A model generated the notes under the pieces. It searched no databases, was not told where the DNA came from, and saw nothing but the letters and a program-made list of their open reading frames with translations. 24,000 nucleotides of DNA. It comes from Saccharothrix sp. GTDB lineage: Bacteria; Actinomycetota; Actinomycetes; Mycobacteriales; Pseudonocardiaceae. Position 1 is the first letter of the stretch. Each line of letters opens with the position of its first letter. The stretch lies in assembly GCF_031180885.1 (NCBI RefSeq), contig NZ_JAPSLK010000027.1, positions 4,089 to 28,088 on the forward strand, given 5' to 3'. A program made the position numbers and the translations under genes. This document shows, in pieces, positions 1-9,904 of this stretch.

Positions 1-57
1 CTAGCGATGCTCGCCCCGGTGGTCGTGTCGGTGCTCAAGGGCATCGTCGGGGGCTGA
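1..57 (+). CDS. 3' end of an upstream CDS (partial; hydrophobic tail ...LAMLAPVVVSVLKGIVGG*)
   Basis: Open in frame from position 1 to TGA at 55-57, which lies 3 nt before the next ATG. Third codon positions are GC-rich. Too short to identify. Confidence 0.3.
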   Translation, partial: LAMLAPVVVSVLKGIVGG

Positions 58-60
58 GTC

Positions 61-1902
61 ATGACCCCGTCAACCAGGCTGACGGCGATCGCGGTCGGCG
101 TGCTCGTGGCGCTGGGCGGTGTTCTCGCCGCGGCGGCTCCCGGCGCGGCACCGGTCCACCCTGTTGTCCTCGCGCAGCCGTTGCCGCTGCCGACGGGTGA
201 CCCGGACCCGTGCGGACCGGGCTCGCCGCTGTGTAGCTTCCCGACACCGACATCGTCACTGTCCACTCCGGTCACGCCGCCGTGCGTCGGCGAGGGCTGT
301 ATCCCGCGACCCACAACACCCACCGCGCCCACGGTGGTCGACCCCGGCCCAGGACAGCCGGGGCACATACCGGAGAACAGCGACGACTGCGGACTCACCG
401 ACATTGGCGCCTGTCTGAGTGAGGCGATCGACGAGTTCTTCCGGAACATCGTCACCGACGCGCTCAACCCGTTGCTGGACCTGGTGGCGCGCACGTTGTT
501 GACCACGACGGTGCCGGATTCGCTGCCCAGGCTGGTCGAGTTGTGGGACAACTCCTGGCACATCCTGCTGGTGTCCTACGGGATGCTCGTGCTGGTCGCG
601 GGCGTGGTGGTGATGAGTCACCAGACGTTGCAGACCCGGCACTCGGTCAAGGAGCTGGCGCCGCGCCTGGTGGTCGGGTTCGTGGCGGGTGCGTTGTCGT
701 TGTGGGTGGCGACCAAGGGCGTGCAGGTCGCCAACGCGGCCGTGGCGTCGATCATGGGTGGCGGTGTCGACGCGGCCACCGCGGCCGAGCAGTTGCGGGC
801 GATGCTGGTCGGGTCGACCACGTCGGGCGGGATTTTCGTCCTGCTGATCGGGATCGTGCTGGCCGGGATGCTGGCGGCGTTGCTGGTCTCCGATGTAGCT
901 CGCGAGGCGGTGACGATCGTCCTGGTCGCCGGGGCGCCGTTGGGGCTGATGTTCCACGCGTTGCCGCAGACCGAGGCCATCGCCTACTGGTGGTGGCGGG
1001 TCTACGGCGGCTGTCTGGCCATCCAGGTCGCCCAGAGCCTGACCCTGATCACCGCCGCGCGGGTGTTCCTGGCACCGGGTGGGTTCACGATTTTCGGGCC
1101 GACCGAGTCGGGCTTGGTGAACATGCTCGTCGCACTGGCGTTGGTCTACATCCTCGTGCGCATCCCGTTCTGGGTGCTGTCGTCGGTGCGCGGCGGCGGC
1201 AGGTCGATGGTCGGTTCGATGGTGCGCAGCCTCATCGCGTTCCGGGTTCTCGGGCTGTTCGGCGGAGCGCGCCGGCACGGCGGAGCGCCCAGGCCGGTGC
1301 CCACCGGGGTTCCCTCCGGTGTCGGCGGTCGAGGTGGTGGGCAGCCGGATCCGCCGTGGCCGGTGACTCCGGTTTTCGCGCCGACTCCGGGGCTGGTGGC
1401 CAACAGGCTGCGGGACGCCTACGACGCCGAACGGGTTCGTGCGGCGCGCCGGTCCCGGGTCCCGTCGCAAGCGCCGCAGTTCCTGCAGCCCCAACCCCAG
1501 CAGACCGTGCACGACCCGGCGGTGACGCCCGCGGTCCCCGTGCCGACGATGCCGGAGTTCAGCGCCGCACCGGTACCCGACGCGCCGCGTGCGAAGTCGA
1601 GCCGACGTCCGCGCTCGACGACGCCGCGGTTCCAGGTCGCCGGAGGACCCCGTCGCCAGAGCGCCGGGCCGCCGGACCGGCCGATCCGTGTGCCCTCGGT
1701 CCCTCCGCAACTGCGGTTCCAGCAGGCCGTCCCCGAACCACCGCAGCCCGCGCCGCCCACGCGGTCGTCGGCACCGGCCGGACCGGTGTTTCGGCCGGAG
1801 CGGGCGGAGCCGCGCCGTGGTGACGCCCTGCGACGGACGCCGTCGGTGCCGCCGCCGCTGTTCCACGCACCCCAGCCCCGCCGAGGAAGCGAGAAGTCAT
1901 GA
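61..1902 (+). CDS. Polytopic conjugation-cluster membrane protein (VirB6/TrbL-like role inferred from position and topology only)
   Basis: 613-aa ORF. N-terminal signal/TM segment (AIAVGVLVALGGVLAAAAPGAA), then a Pro/Cys-rich segment. Several hydrophobic helices follow (ILLVSYGMLVLVAGVVVM, IFVLLIGIVLAGMLAALLV, MLVALALVYILVRIPFWVL), then a long Pro/Arg-rich tail. ATGA overlap with the next gene. First gene of the T4SS-like cluster. Confidence 0.75.
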   Translation: MTPSTRLTAIAVGVLVALGGVLAAAAPGAAPVHPVVLAQPLPLPTGDPDPCGPGSPLCSFPTPTSSLSTPVTPPCVGEGCIPRPTTPTAPTVVDPGPGQPGHIPENSDDCGLTDIGACLSEAIDEFFRNIVTDALNPLLDLVARTLLTTTVPDSLPRLVELWDNSWHILLVSYGMLVLVAGVVVMSHQTLQTRHSVKELAPRLVVGFVAGALSLWVATKGVQVANAAVASIMGGGVDAATAAEQLRAMLVGSTTSGGIFVLLIGIVLAGMLAALLVSDVAREAVTIVLVAGAPLGLMFHALPQTEAIAYWWWRVYGGCLAIQVAQSLTLITAARVFLAPGGFTIFGPTESGLVNMLVALALVYILVRIPFWVLSSVRGGGRSMVGSMVRSLIAFRVLGLFGGARRHGGAPRPVPTGVPSGVGGRGGGQPDPPWPVTPVFAPTPGLVANRLRDAYDAERVRAARRSRVPSQAPQFLQPQPQQTVHDPAVTPAVPVPTMPEFSAAPVPDAPRAKSSRRPRSTTPRFQVAGGPRRQSAGPPDRPIRVPSVPPQLRFQQAVPEPPQPAPPTRSSAPAGPVFRPERAEPRRGDALRRTPSVPPPLFHAPQPRRGSEKS

Positions 1903-2993
1903 GTCAGCCGGTGAGGATTCCCGCCGATGTGGACATGCACGACCGGGTGCTCGGTCCGCTCACCGCCCGGCAACTCGCGATCCTGGCCGCCGCGGGCGCG
2001 GTGCTCTACGTGGTGTGGACGGCCACCGCCGCGATCGTGCCCACACCGGTGTTCCTGGCCTTCGCCGTGCCGGTCGCGGCGGCCGCGGCGATGCTCGCCC
2101 TGGGCAGGCGCGACGGCGTCCCGATGGACAAGTTGATGCTCGCCGCGATCCGTCAACGACTGGCTCCGCGCCGCCGGGTCGCCGCGCCGGAGGGCGTGCA
2201 CCCCGTGCCGGAGTGGCTGTCGGCCAACGCACACGACATCGGGCCCGTCGAGGGACGCACACGGCGGTCGGAACGGGCGTCGTTGTCGGCGCTGCGGTTG
2301 CCGGCGGAGGCGGTCACCGACACCGGTGTCATCGACCTCGGCGTGGACGGGTTGGCGGTGGTGGCGGTCGCGGGCACGGTGAACTTCGCGCTGCGCACAC
2401 CGAACGAGCAGGAAGCGCTGGTCGCCGCGTTCGGCCGCTACCTGCACGGCCTCACCGCCCCGGTCCAGGTGCTGGTGCGCACCGAACGCCTGGACCTCAC
2501 CGCCCAGATCGCGGAGTTGCGCGACCGCGCGGGTGGGCTGCCGCACGCGGCGCTGGAAGCTGCCGCGACCGAGCACGCCGACTACCTCGCCCAACTCGGC
2601 CGGCAGTCGCAGTTGTTGCGCCGCCAGGTCCTGCTGGTGCTGCGCGAGCCGTGGGAGGCGACCGTGCCGACCGACGGGCTCGGCGGACCCGGCCCGCTGG
2701 CGGTGCTCGCGGCGATCGCGGGCAGGCGCCGGGCACGGACCGACACCACGGTCGGCGAGGCCGCGCGTCGGGCGGCGGAGGCGAGGCTGGTGCGTCGGCT
2801 CGGCGAGGCGATCGACCTGCTCGCCCCCGCAGGGATCGTGGTGACCCCGCTGGACGCGGGACAAGCCACCGCCGTGCTGGCCTCAGCGTGCAATCCGGAC
2901 AGCCTGCTGCCGCCCTCCGCCGGGTTGGCCGCCGCGGACGAGGTCATCACCTCGGGCTGGGACGACGACGCCTACGAGGGCGGGCGGTCGTGA
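1899..2993 (+). CDS. PrgI-family / VirB3-TcpE-like conjugation membrane protein
   Basis: The N-terminus MSQPVRIPADVDMHDRVLGPLTARQLAILAAAGAVLYVVW... matches the pattern I recall for actinobacterial PrgI-family proteins (RIPAD..D....GPLTxRQL followed by two TM helices). Start overlaps the upstream stop (ATGA). Stop overlaps the ATG of the VirB4-like gene. Confidence 0.7.
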   Translation: MSQPVRIPADVDMHDRVLGPLTARQLAILAAAGAVLYVVWTATAAIVPTPVFLAFAVPVAAAAAMLALGRRDGVPMDKLMLAAIRQRLAPRRRVAAPEGVHPVPEWLSANAHDIGPVEGRTRRSERASLSALRLPAEAVTDTGVIDLGVDGLAVVAVAGTVNFALRTPNEQEALVAAFGRYLHGLTAPVQVLVRTERLDLTAQIAELRDRAGGLPHAALEAAATEHADYLAQLGRQSQLLRRQVLLVLREPWEATVPTDGLGGPGPLAVLAAIAGRRRARTDTTVGEAARRAAEARLVRRLGEAIDLLAPAGIVVTPLDAGQATAVLASACNPDSLLPPSAGLAAADEVITSGWDDDAYEGGRS

Positions 2994-4858
2994 TGGCCGC
3001 CGACACCGGACCCGCGTCGGGGGCTGCCGCGTTCACGCCCGACGCCTTGTCGGTCGGCGCGCGGCACCTGGAGGTCGGCGGCGAGTGGGTGGCCTCGTTC
3101 GCCGTGGTCGGCTTCCCGCGCGAGGTGCACCCCGGCTGGTTGTCGCCGCTGCTGACCTACCCGGGTCGGCTGGACGTGGCGCTGCACGTCGAGCCTCTCG
3201 ACCCGGCGATCGCCGCGTCCCGGCTGCGCAAGCAGTTGGCCAAGCTGGAGTCCGGGCGTCGCCAGACCGCCGACCGCGGGCGGCTGCTCGACCCGCAGGT
3301 CGAAGCCGCCACCGAGGACGCCTACGACCTGTCCTCCCGCGTCGCGCGCGGGGAGGGGAAGCTGTTCCGGGTCGGGCTGTATCTGACCGTGCACGCCGGC
3401 TCGGAGCACACGCTTGCCGACGAGGTGGCGGCCGTGCGGTCGCTGTGCGCGTCGCTGTTGCTGGACGCCAAGCACACCACCTACCGGTCGTTGCAGGGCT
3501 GGGTGTCCACGCTGCCCATGGGCCTGGATCTCATCGGCATGCGCCGCACGTTCGACACCAGCGCGCTCGCCGCGGCGTTCCCGTTCACCAGCCCGGACCT
3601 GCCCGCCCCCGACCCGACCACCGTCGCCGCGCCGTCCGGGGTGCTCTACGGCTACAACATCGGCTCGCAGGGCCTGGTGCACTGGGACCGGTTCGGCGAG
3701 GGGATGCACAACCACAACAGCGTGATCCTCGGCCGCTCCGGCGCGGGCAAGTCCTACCTGGTCAAGCTGGAACTGCTGCGCTCGCTGTACCGGGGCGTCG
3801 AGATCGCCGTGGTCGACCCCGAAGACGAGTACTCCCGGCTGGCCACCGCGGTCGGCGGCGTCCAGGTCCACCTCGGCGCGGCCGGGGTACGCCTTAACCC
3901 GTTCGACCTGCCCATCCACACCCGAGCCGACGGCCACCGCACCGCCCCCAAGGACGCCCTGGTCCGCCGGTCGCTGTTCCTGGACACCGTCATCGCCGTC
4001 CTGTTCGGCAAGCCGCTGGAGGCCGCTGAACGCGCCGGATTGGACCGGGCGATCGCGGCGACTTACCAGGGCGCGGGTATCACCGCCGACCCGAGGACCT
4101 GGACCCGGCCCTCGCCGACCCTGCGCACCCTGCGGGACCACCTCGCCCGCGGCGACCAGGTCGCCACGAACCTGGCCGCGCGGCTGCACCCGTTCGTCGA
4201 GGGCGCGTTCAAGCAACTGTTCGACGGGCCCAGCAGCGTCACCGCCGAAGGCCACCTCGTCGTGTTCAGCCTGCGCGAGCTGCCCGACGAACTGAAAGCC
4301 ATCGGCACGCTGCTGGTGCTGGACACGGTGTGGCGACGGGTGTCCAACCCGGCCATCCGCCGCCCCAGGTTGGTCGTGGTGGACGAGGCGTGGCTGCTGA
4401 TGCAGGACCGGTCCGGAGCCGAGTTCCTGTTCCGCATGGCCAAAGCCTCCCGCAAACACTGGGCCGGGCTGACCGTCGCCACCCAGGACACCGCCGACGT
4501 CCTGGGCACCGACCTGGGCAAGGCCGTCGTCGCCAACGCCGCCACCCAGATCCTGCTGCGCCAGGCGTCCCAGGCCATCGACGAGATCACCCGCACCTTC
4601 GACCTGTCCGCCGGCGAACGCGCCTTCCTGCTCTCCGCCGACCGCGGCCAAGGCCTGCTCTCCGCCGGGACACAACGCGTCGCGTTCCAAGCCATCGCCT
4701 CCCCGACCGAGCACTACCTGGTCACCAGCGACCCGGCCGAACTCGCCGCCCTCCACGACCCCGACGACCACACCAGCACCTCGTTCGTCGACCTCGGCCT
4801 CGACCCGCAGGACGGCGACGAGTCCGAGGACGACCAGATCACCCTCGACGCCGCGTGA
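2993..4858 (+). CDS. VirB4/TraE-like conjugative transfer ATPase
   Basis: 621 aa starting at the ATG at 2993 (an in-frame GTG at 2990 is also possible). Walker A VILGRSGAGKSYLVK; Walker B PRLVVVDEAWLLM. Sits between the PrgI-like and coupling-protein genes. The 1589-4858 ORF in the track is an upstream over-extension of this frame. Confidence 0.85.
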   Translation: MAADTGPASGAAAFTPDALSVGARHLEVGGEWVASFAVVGFPREVHPGWLSPLLTYPGRLDVALHVEPLDPAIAASRLRKQLAKLESGRRQTADRGRLLDPQVEAATEDAYDLSSRVARGEGKLFRVGLYLTVHAGSEHTLADEVAAVRSLCASLLLDAKHTTYRSLQGWVSTLPMGLDLIGMRRTFDTSALAAAFPFTSPDLPAPDPTTVAAPSGVLYGYNIGSQGLVHWDRFGEGMHNHNSVILGRSGAGKSYLVKLELLRSLYRGVEIAVVDPEDEYSRLATAVGGVQVHLGAAGVRLNPFDLPIHTRADGHRTAPKDALVRRSLFLDTVIAVLFGKPLEAAERAGLDRAIAATYQGAGITADPRTWTRPSPTLRTLRDHLARGDQVATNLAARLHPFVEGAFKQLFDGPSSVTAEGHLVVFSLRELPDELKAIGTLLVLDTVWRRVSNPAIRRPRLVVVDEAWLLMQDRSGAEFLFRMAKASRKHWAGLTVATQDTADVLGTDLGKAVVANAATQILLRQASQAIDEITRTFDLSAGERAFLLSADRGQGLLSAGTQRVAFQAIASPTEHYLVTSDPAELAALHDPDDHTSTSFVDLGLDPQDGDESEDDQITLDAA

Positions 4859-4878
4859 ACCCGTTGGAGGGCAACGTC

Positions 4879-6919
4879 ATGTTTGAGGACTACCTGCGCG
4901 ACCCCTCCGGAGCACTGGCCACCGTGCTGGACCGGCTCCGCGACCTCGCGCTCACCCACGGCCCTATCGCGGTCCCGCTGCTCGTCGCGCTCGCGACGCT
5001 GTTCGTGATCGGACGGCGGTGGTGGGCCCGTCGCTGCCACGAGCAGTTGGTGGCCGACGCCCGCCAGGTCACCATCCTCGCGCCGCCCGTCGTCGACGCC
5101 GCGAGCGGGGCGGCGTTGTGGTCCAACCTGGTCGGCCTGCTCCGGCCCGGGTGGCGCAGGGCAGTCACCGGACAGCCGCACCTGGCGTTCGAGTACGTCT
5201 TCTCCGAGGCCGGGGTCACGATCCGGCTGTGGGTGCCCGGTGTCATCCCGCCAGGGCTGGTCGAACGCGCAGTCGAAGCCGCCTGGCCCGGCGCCCACAC
5301 CCGCGTCGGCCCCGCCGAACCACCACTCCCGCCAGCAGGACAAGACCAACGCCGAATCGTGGTCGGCGGGGAACTGCGGCTGGCGCGACCGGAAGCCCTA
5401 CCCATCCGATCGGCGTTCGACGCCGACCCGATCCGCGCGCTGCTCGGCGCACCGGTCGGACTGGGGCGGGACGAACACGCCTGCGTCCAAGTCCTGGCCC
5501 GGCCCGTCACCGGCCGCCGGGTCCAACGCGCCCGCCGCGCCGCCCGTCGAGTCCACAATGGAACGTCAAGCCATATGGTTGGCCGTCTGCTCGACCTGCT
5601 TACACCCGGCCCTACCCGGCGTCGACACCGCCCCGCGTGGACCCGGACCGGCGCGTTGCACAGCGACCCGCAGACTTCCCTGGAATTCTCCGCGCACAAC
5701 CGCGCCATCGTCACCAAGCAACGCGGCAGCCAGTACGAGACCGTCATCCGCTACGCCGTCGCCACACTGCTCCCCGCCAACACCACCAAGGAGCAACTGC
5801 GCCAAGCCCGAGACGTCGCGCGCGGCCGGGCGCACGCGTTGGCCGCCAGTTTCGCCTCCTACACCGAGCACAATCACTACACCCGACACCGCCTCCGCGA
5901 CCCCGGCCACGCGCTCGGCCACCGCAGGCTCGGTCGTGGAGACCTGCTGTCGGTACCGGAACTGGCCGCCCTCGCCCACCTGCCCACCGACGAGGCCATC
6001 CCCGGCATCCAGCGCGCCGGAGCCCGCGCCGTCGCACCGCCACCCGGTGTCGCCGTACCGGGCCCGGAGGCCAAACCGATCGGTGTCACCGACACCGGAC
6101 ACCACCGCCCGGTCGCCCTGCGCGTGCCCGACGCCCGACACCACCTGCACGTCCTGGGCGCCACCGGCTCCGGCAAGTCCACCCTGCTGGGCACCATGAT
6201 CCTGGCCGACGCCGAAGCCGGCCGCGGCATCGTGCTCATCGACCCCAAAGGCGACCTCGTCACCGACGTCCTGTCCCGCCTGCCCAGCACGGCCGCCGAC
6301 CGCGTAGTGCTCTTCGACGCCGACAGCCGCTCCCGCCCACCCTGCCTCAACCCCCTCGACGGCGGCGACACCGACCTCACCGTCGACAACCTCGTCAGCG
6401 TCTTCCGCCGCGTCTACTCCGCGTTCTGGGGACCGCGCACCGACGACGTCATGCGCGCCGCCTGCCTCACCCTGCGCGCCCAGGAAGGCGTCGCCACCCT
6501 CGCCGACCTGCCCAAGCTGCTGGCCGACGACGCCTTCCGCACCCGCGTCACCGCCGGCATCACCGACCCGGTCCTGCGCGGCTTCTGGTCCTGGTACGAC
6601 GAACTCACCGACTCCACCCGCAGCCAGGTCATCAGTCCGCTGATGAACAAACTCCGCGCCTTCCTGCTCCGCCCCTTCGTCCGCGACGCCATCGCCGCCG
6701 GGCCCTCCACAGTGGACATGAGCGCGGTGCTCGACGGCGGCATCTGCCTCGTCCGCATCCCCAAAGGCTCACTGGGCGAGGAGACCACCCGGCTCGTCGG
6801 CTCACTCGTCGTCGCCCGCACCTGGCAGGCCACCACCGCCCGCGCCCGCGCCCGCACCCCACAACGCCAACGCCGCGACGCCTCACTGGTCATCGACGAA
6901 TGCCACAACTTCCTCAACC
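4879..6919 (+). CDS. Type IV coupling protein (VirD4/TraD-like), exon 1 (interrupted by group II intron)
   Basis: GGAGGG lies 7 nt before the ATG at 4879. N-terminal TM segment (IAVPLLVALATLFVIG). Walker A HVLGATGSGKSTLLG, VLIDPKGD, Walker B SLVIDECHNFLN. Coding ends at C6919, immediately before GTGCG. Read-through gives only RAA*. Confidence 0.85.
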
Positions 6920-7590
6920 GTGCGGCCTGAAAGTCGCTTGTAGCCAGTGAATTACCAGAGAGGACAAGGTGATTCCCCGCCCCGTGGTCAAGGTAGGGCG
7001 GGTCTCCTAGGGCGAATGCGGGACTGGTAACGGACCCGTGTTAAGCCGCCTGACACGAAGCCCCAAGAGCTGGTGGACCATCACCGGCCACAGGGCAAGG
7101 AGAAGATCTGAAGGACGAACGCAAGTGAACCCTCGATGAGGCCTCGTGAAAGTTGACCCGCGCCAATGGTTTGTAGTCGGCGGGAAGGGCCCGGAGCTGT
7201 GAGGCTCAGGTGGCAACGGAGGGCGATTTTCCTTCGTTGCGTGACCACCACCGGTCCCGGGGTAAAGAGGGCGTCCTCCCAGATCGCAACTGGCACAAGC
7301 GGAACAGGACAACCCTGTAGAGGTCCAGGACGGATGCGCCCTGGTAAGCCGACGGCAACGGAAGCCGAAACCCTCTGCGGGCGAAGGAAGACCCGAGAAG
7401 CGAATGCCGCTGGGGCGAAAGCCCAGGGGAAAACGCGGACCAAGGCACCTCAGCCTCCGCGCATAACCCGGCGGATACCGGGACTGTGTTCCCGGGCCCG
7501 AAAGGGAGCCCACGCGGGTCTGGTGGGCCTGTGAAGAACCGAAGCAAGAAGCCGGAACCAGCGCCGGAGTTGGATACCGAAGGAGGAGAA

Positions 7591-9375
7591 GTGGCACACC
7601 AAGTCGACACGACCCAGGAGTCCCCGATCCTTCCCGAGGGGAACCAAGCGCTGGACGACGCACGGTACTGGCACAGCATCGACTGGGCCACCACCGAGCG
7701 GACCGTACGGCGACTGCGGCAGAGGATCTTCACGGCGTCGCAAGAAGGGGACCTGAAGAAGGTCCGTAATCTCCAAAAGCTCATGCTGCGCTCGCACTCC
7801 AACACGCTCGTGAGCGTGCGGAGCGTGACACAGCGGAGCCTGGGACGCCGCACCCCTGGGGTAGACGGGGAAATCGTGCTGCGGCCAGAGGACCGGGGAC
7901 GGCTGGTGAGGACACTCACCGAGAAGCCCCGGCCCACGGCCCGGCCGGTGCGGCGTGTGCACATCCCGAAGGCGAACGGGAAGACCCGTCCGCTCGGTAT
8001 CCCGGTCATCCGGGACCGAGTGCAGCAGACCAGGGTGAAGAACGCCCTGGAACCTGAGTGGGAGGCACGGTTCGAGGCACGGAGCTACGGCTTCCGGCCC
8101 GGACGCAGCTGTCATGACGCGATCGCCGCGATCTTCAATTTCGCGGCAGGTAAGAAGTCCCGGCGACGCTGGGCTCTGGACGCGGACCTGACAGCCGCCT
8201 TTGACCGGATCAACCACGATCGTCTGATGGAGGCCATCGGGGGATTCCCGGCTGCGGCCGAGATCCTGCGCTGGCTCAAGGCCGGTGTGATGGAAGACGG
8301 GCGGTTCGCCCCGACCGAAGAGGGAGCCCCTCAAGGCGGAGTGATCAGCCCACTGCTCTTGAACATCGTCCTCCACGGCATGGGGACCGCTGCCGGGGAC
8401 CGTGAAGACGGCACCGCCCGGCAACGCTGGGTGCAGTGCGCCCCGGCGTTCATCCGCTACGCCGACGACTTCGTGGTGCTGTGCACCACCAAGGAAGAGG
8501 CCGAGCAGGCGAAGCAACGGCTTGCGGCCTGGCTGGAACCGAAGGGGCTGACCTTCAACGAGGACAAGACGCGCATCGTCCACCTCGACGACGGTTTCGA
8601 CTTCCTCGGGTTCAACGTCAGGCGCTACAACGACAAGCTGCTGATCAAGCCGAGCGATGCAGCGGTGAAGAAGGTCAAGGACAAGGTCCGGGACACTGCG
8701 AAACGGATGCGCGCGGCCACGTGCGCAGACGTCATCCGCACCCTGAACCCCTTGATCAAGGGATGGTCGACCTACTACAGGGGCGTGGCCTCCGCGGAGA
8801 CCTTCACGACCCTGGACCACTACGTGCACTACCGCATGTACAGGTGGGCCAAACGCAAGCACCACAACAAGTCGGTGGCATGGATTCGCGCCAGCTACTT
8901 CGGGTGCTTCAACCCGACACGGCAAGACGTCTGGGTCTTCGGAGACAAGGACACCGGGCGGTACCTGTACCGGTTCGCATGGACCCACATCGAGCGACAC
9001 GCCCTGGTCACCGGGCGGGCGTCGAAAGACGACCCAGCGCTTGAGGGGTACTGGAAGGCACGCATCCGGAAGCGCAAGCATCCAGAGGCTGACAAGCGCA
9101 ACCTGTCGCTGGCTGCCAAGCAGAAGGGGCTGTGCCCACTGTGCGGACTGGACCTGATCGCCGGAGCCGGCTACGAGCCCCAGTCCGTCCGTGAATGGGC
9201 GGCCTGGTTCTGGGCCAACTCCCGCACGATCAACAGGCACCACCTGGTCTTCAAATCCCAAGGCGGCTCGGACGATCGCGCCAACCTCATGCTCATCCAC
9301 TCGGAATGCCACCGGCAGTACCACGCCCGGAGCATTCTCGAAGGAACCCAGGAGATCCCGAATGCGCGTCCATAG
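7591..9375 (+). CDS. Group II intron-encoded protein: reverse transcriptase / maturase / HNH endonuclease
   Basis: RT motifs RPLGIPVIRDRVQQ, SYGFRPGRSCHDA, GAPQGGVISPLLLNI and YADDFVVL. Maturase-like X region (LNPLIKGWSTYYRG). C-terminal HNH (CPLCG...HHLVFKSQGGSDDRANLMLIHSECHRQYH). I prefer the GTG at 7591, preceded by AGGAGGAG at 7581-7588. The ORF track starts this frame at 7486. Confidence 0.9.
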   Translation: MAHQVDTTQESPILPEGNQALDDARYWHSIDWATTERTVRRLRQRIFTASQEGDLKKVRNLQKLMLRSHSNTLVSVRSVTQRSLGRRTPGVDGEIVLRPEDRGRLVRTLTEKPRPTARPVRRVHIPKANGKTRPLGIPVIRDRVQQTRVKNALEPEWEARFEARSYGFRPGRSCHDAIAAIFNFAAGKKSRRRWALDADLTAAFDRINHDRLMEAIGGFPAAAEILRWLKAGVMEDGRFAPTEEGAPQGGVISPLLLNIVLHGMGTAAGDREDGTARQRWVQCAPAFIRYADDFVVLCTTKEEAEQAKQRLAAWLEPKGLTFNEDKTRIVHLDDGFDFLGFNVRRYNDKLLIKPSDAAVKKVKDKVRDTAKRMRAATCADVIRTLNPLIKGWSTYYRGVASAETFTTLDHYVHYRMYRWAKRKHHNKSVAWIRASYFGCFNPTRQDVWVFGDKDTGRYLYRFAWTHIERHALVTGRASKDDPALEGYWKARIRKRKHPEADKRNLSLAAKQKGLCPLCGLDLIAGAGYEPQSVREWAAWFWANSRTINRHHLVFKSQGGSDDRANLMLIHSECHRQYHARSILEGTQEIPNARP

Positions 9376-9385
9376 TGGCCTGCTT

Positions 9386-9461
9386 GAGCCGGATGCGGTG
9401 AAAGCCGCACGTCCGGTTCTGAGGGGGCTCTCGACCCGAGAGGGTCGTGGAGCTACCCGAC
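9386..9461 (+). ncRNA. Group II intron domains V and VI (catalytic hairpin and branch-point helix)
   Basis: GAGCCGGAUGCGGUGAAAGCCGCACGUCCGGUUC is a 34-nt domain V with the AGC triad, a GAAA loop and a 2-nt bulge. Domain VI pairs CGACCC with GGGUCG around a GAGA loop and has an unpaired A at 9455. Confidence 0.85.
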
Positions 9462-9880
9462 TGCCCTACCCGATCGAGGACATGCTCGCCGAAGCCCGCG
9501 GCTTCCGCCTCGCCATGACCCTGGCCCACCAACACCTCGGCCAACTCCCACGCGAACTCCGCGAAGGCATCTCCACCAACGCCCGCAACAAGATCTTCTT
9601 CAACGCCTCACCCGAAGACGCCCGCGAACTGGCCCGCCACACCACACCCCGCCTGACCGACCACGACCTCGCCCACCTCGGCGCCTACCACGCCGCCACC
9701 CGCCTGGTCCTGCACGGCGAACAAACCCTGCCCTTCACCCTGCGCACCCAACCCCTCCCACCCGCCATCCCCGGCCGAGCACGCGAAATCCGCACCACAG
9801 CACGACACACCACCCACACCACCCAACCCACCCGCGTCGAACCCGCCACCCGCCCAGCCGACCCACGCCGCCACACCTGA
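9462..9880 (+). CDS. Type IV coupling protein, exon 2
   Basis: The frame continues as (L)PYPIEDMLAEARGFRLAMTLAHQHLGQLPRELREGISTNARNKIFFNASPEDARELAR..., which is the conserved T4CP C-terminal region (xEARKxxxxxxxAxQxxxQL). Ends at TGA 9878-9880. Confidence 0.85.
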
Positions 9881-9904
9881 CCCCGCCGCACCGGAGGTCC
9901 CGAC

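Larger units (their letters stand above)
6920..9461 (+). mobile_element. Group II intron (complete, sense orientation within the coupling-protein gene)
   Basis: The 5' end is GTGCGG (GUGYG consensus). A structured, lower-GC, GNRA-rich RNA region spans 6920-7590. It carries an internal RT/maturase/HNH ORF. Domain V is at 9386-9419. Domain VI is a GAGA-capped helix with a bulged A at 9455, 7 nt from the 3' end, and the intron ends ...CCCGAC. Joining 6919 to 9462 gives ...DECHNFLN-L-PYPIEDMLAEARGF... in frame (2460 nt in total). Confidence 0.9.

Noticed and set aside
7486-9375. The reverse transcriptase as a retron, DRT or Abi-type defence RT.
   Set aside because: It is flanked by a GTGCG 5' end and canonical group II domains V and VI. 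It has maturase and HNH regions, and excision restores the host gene frame. It is an intron-encoded protein.
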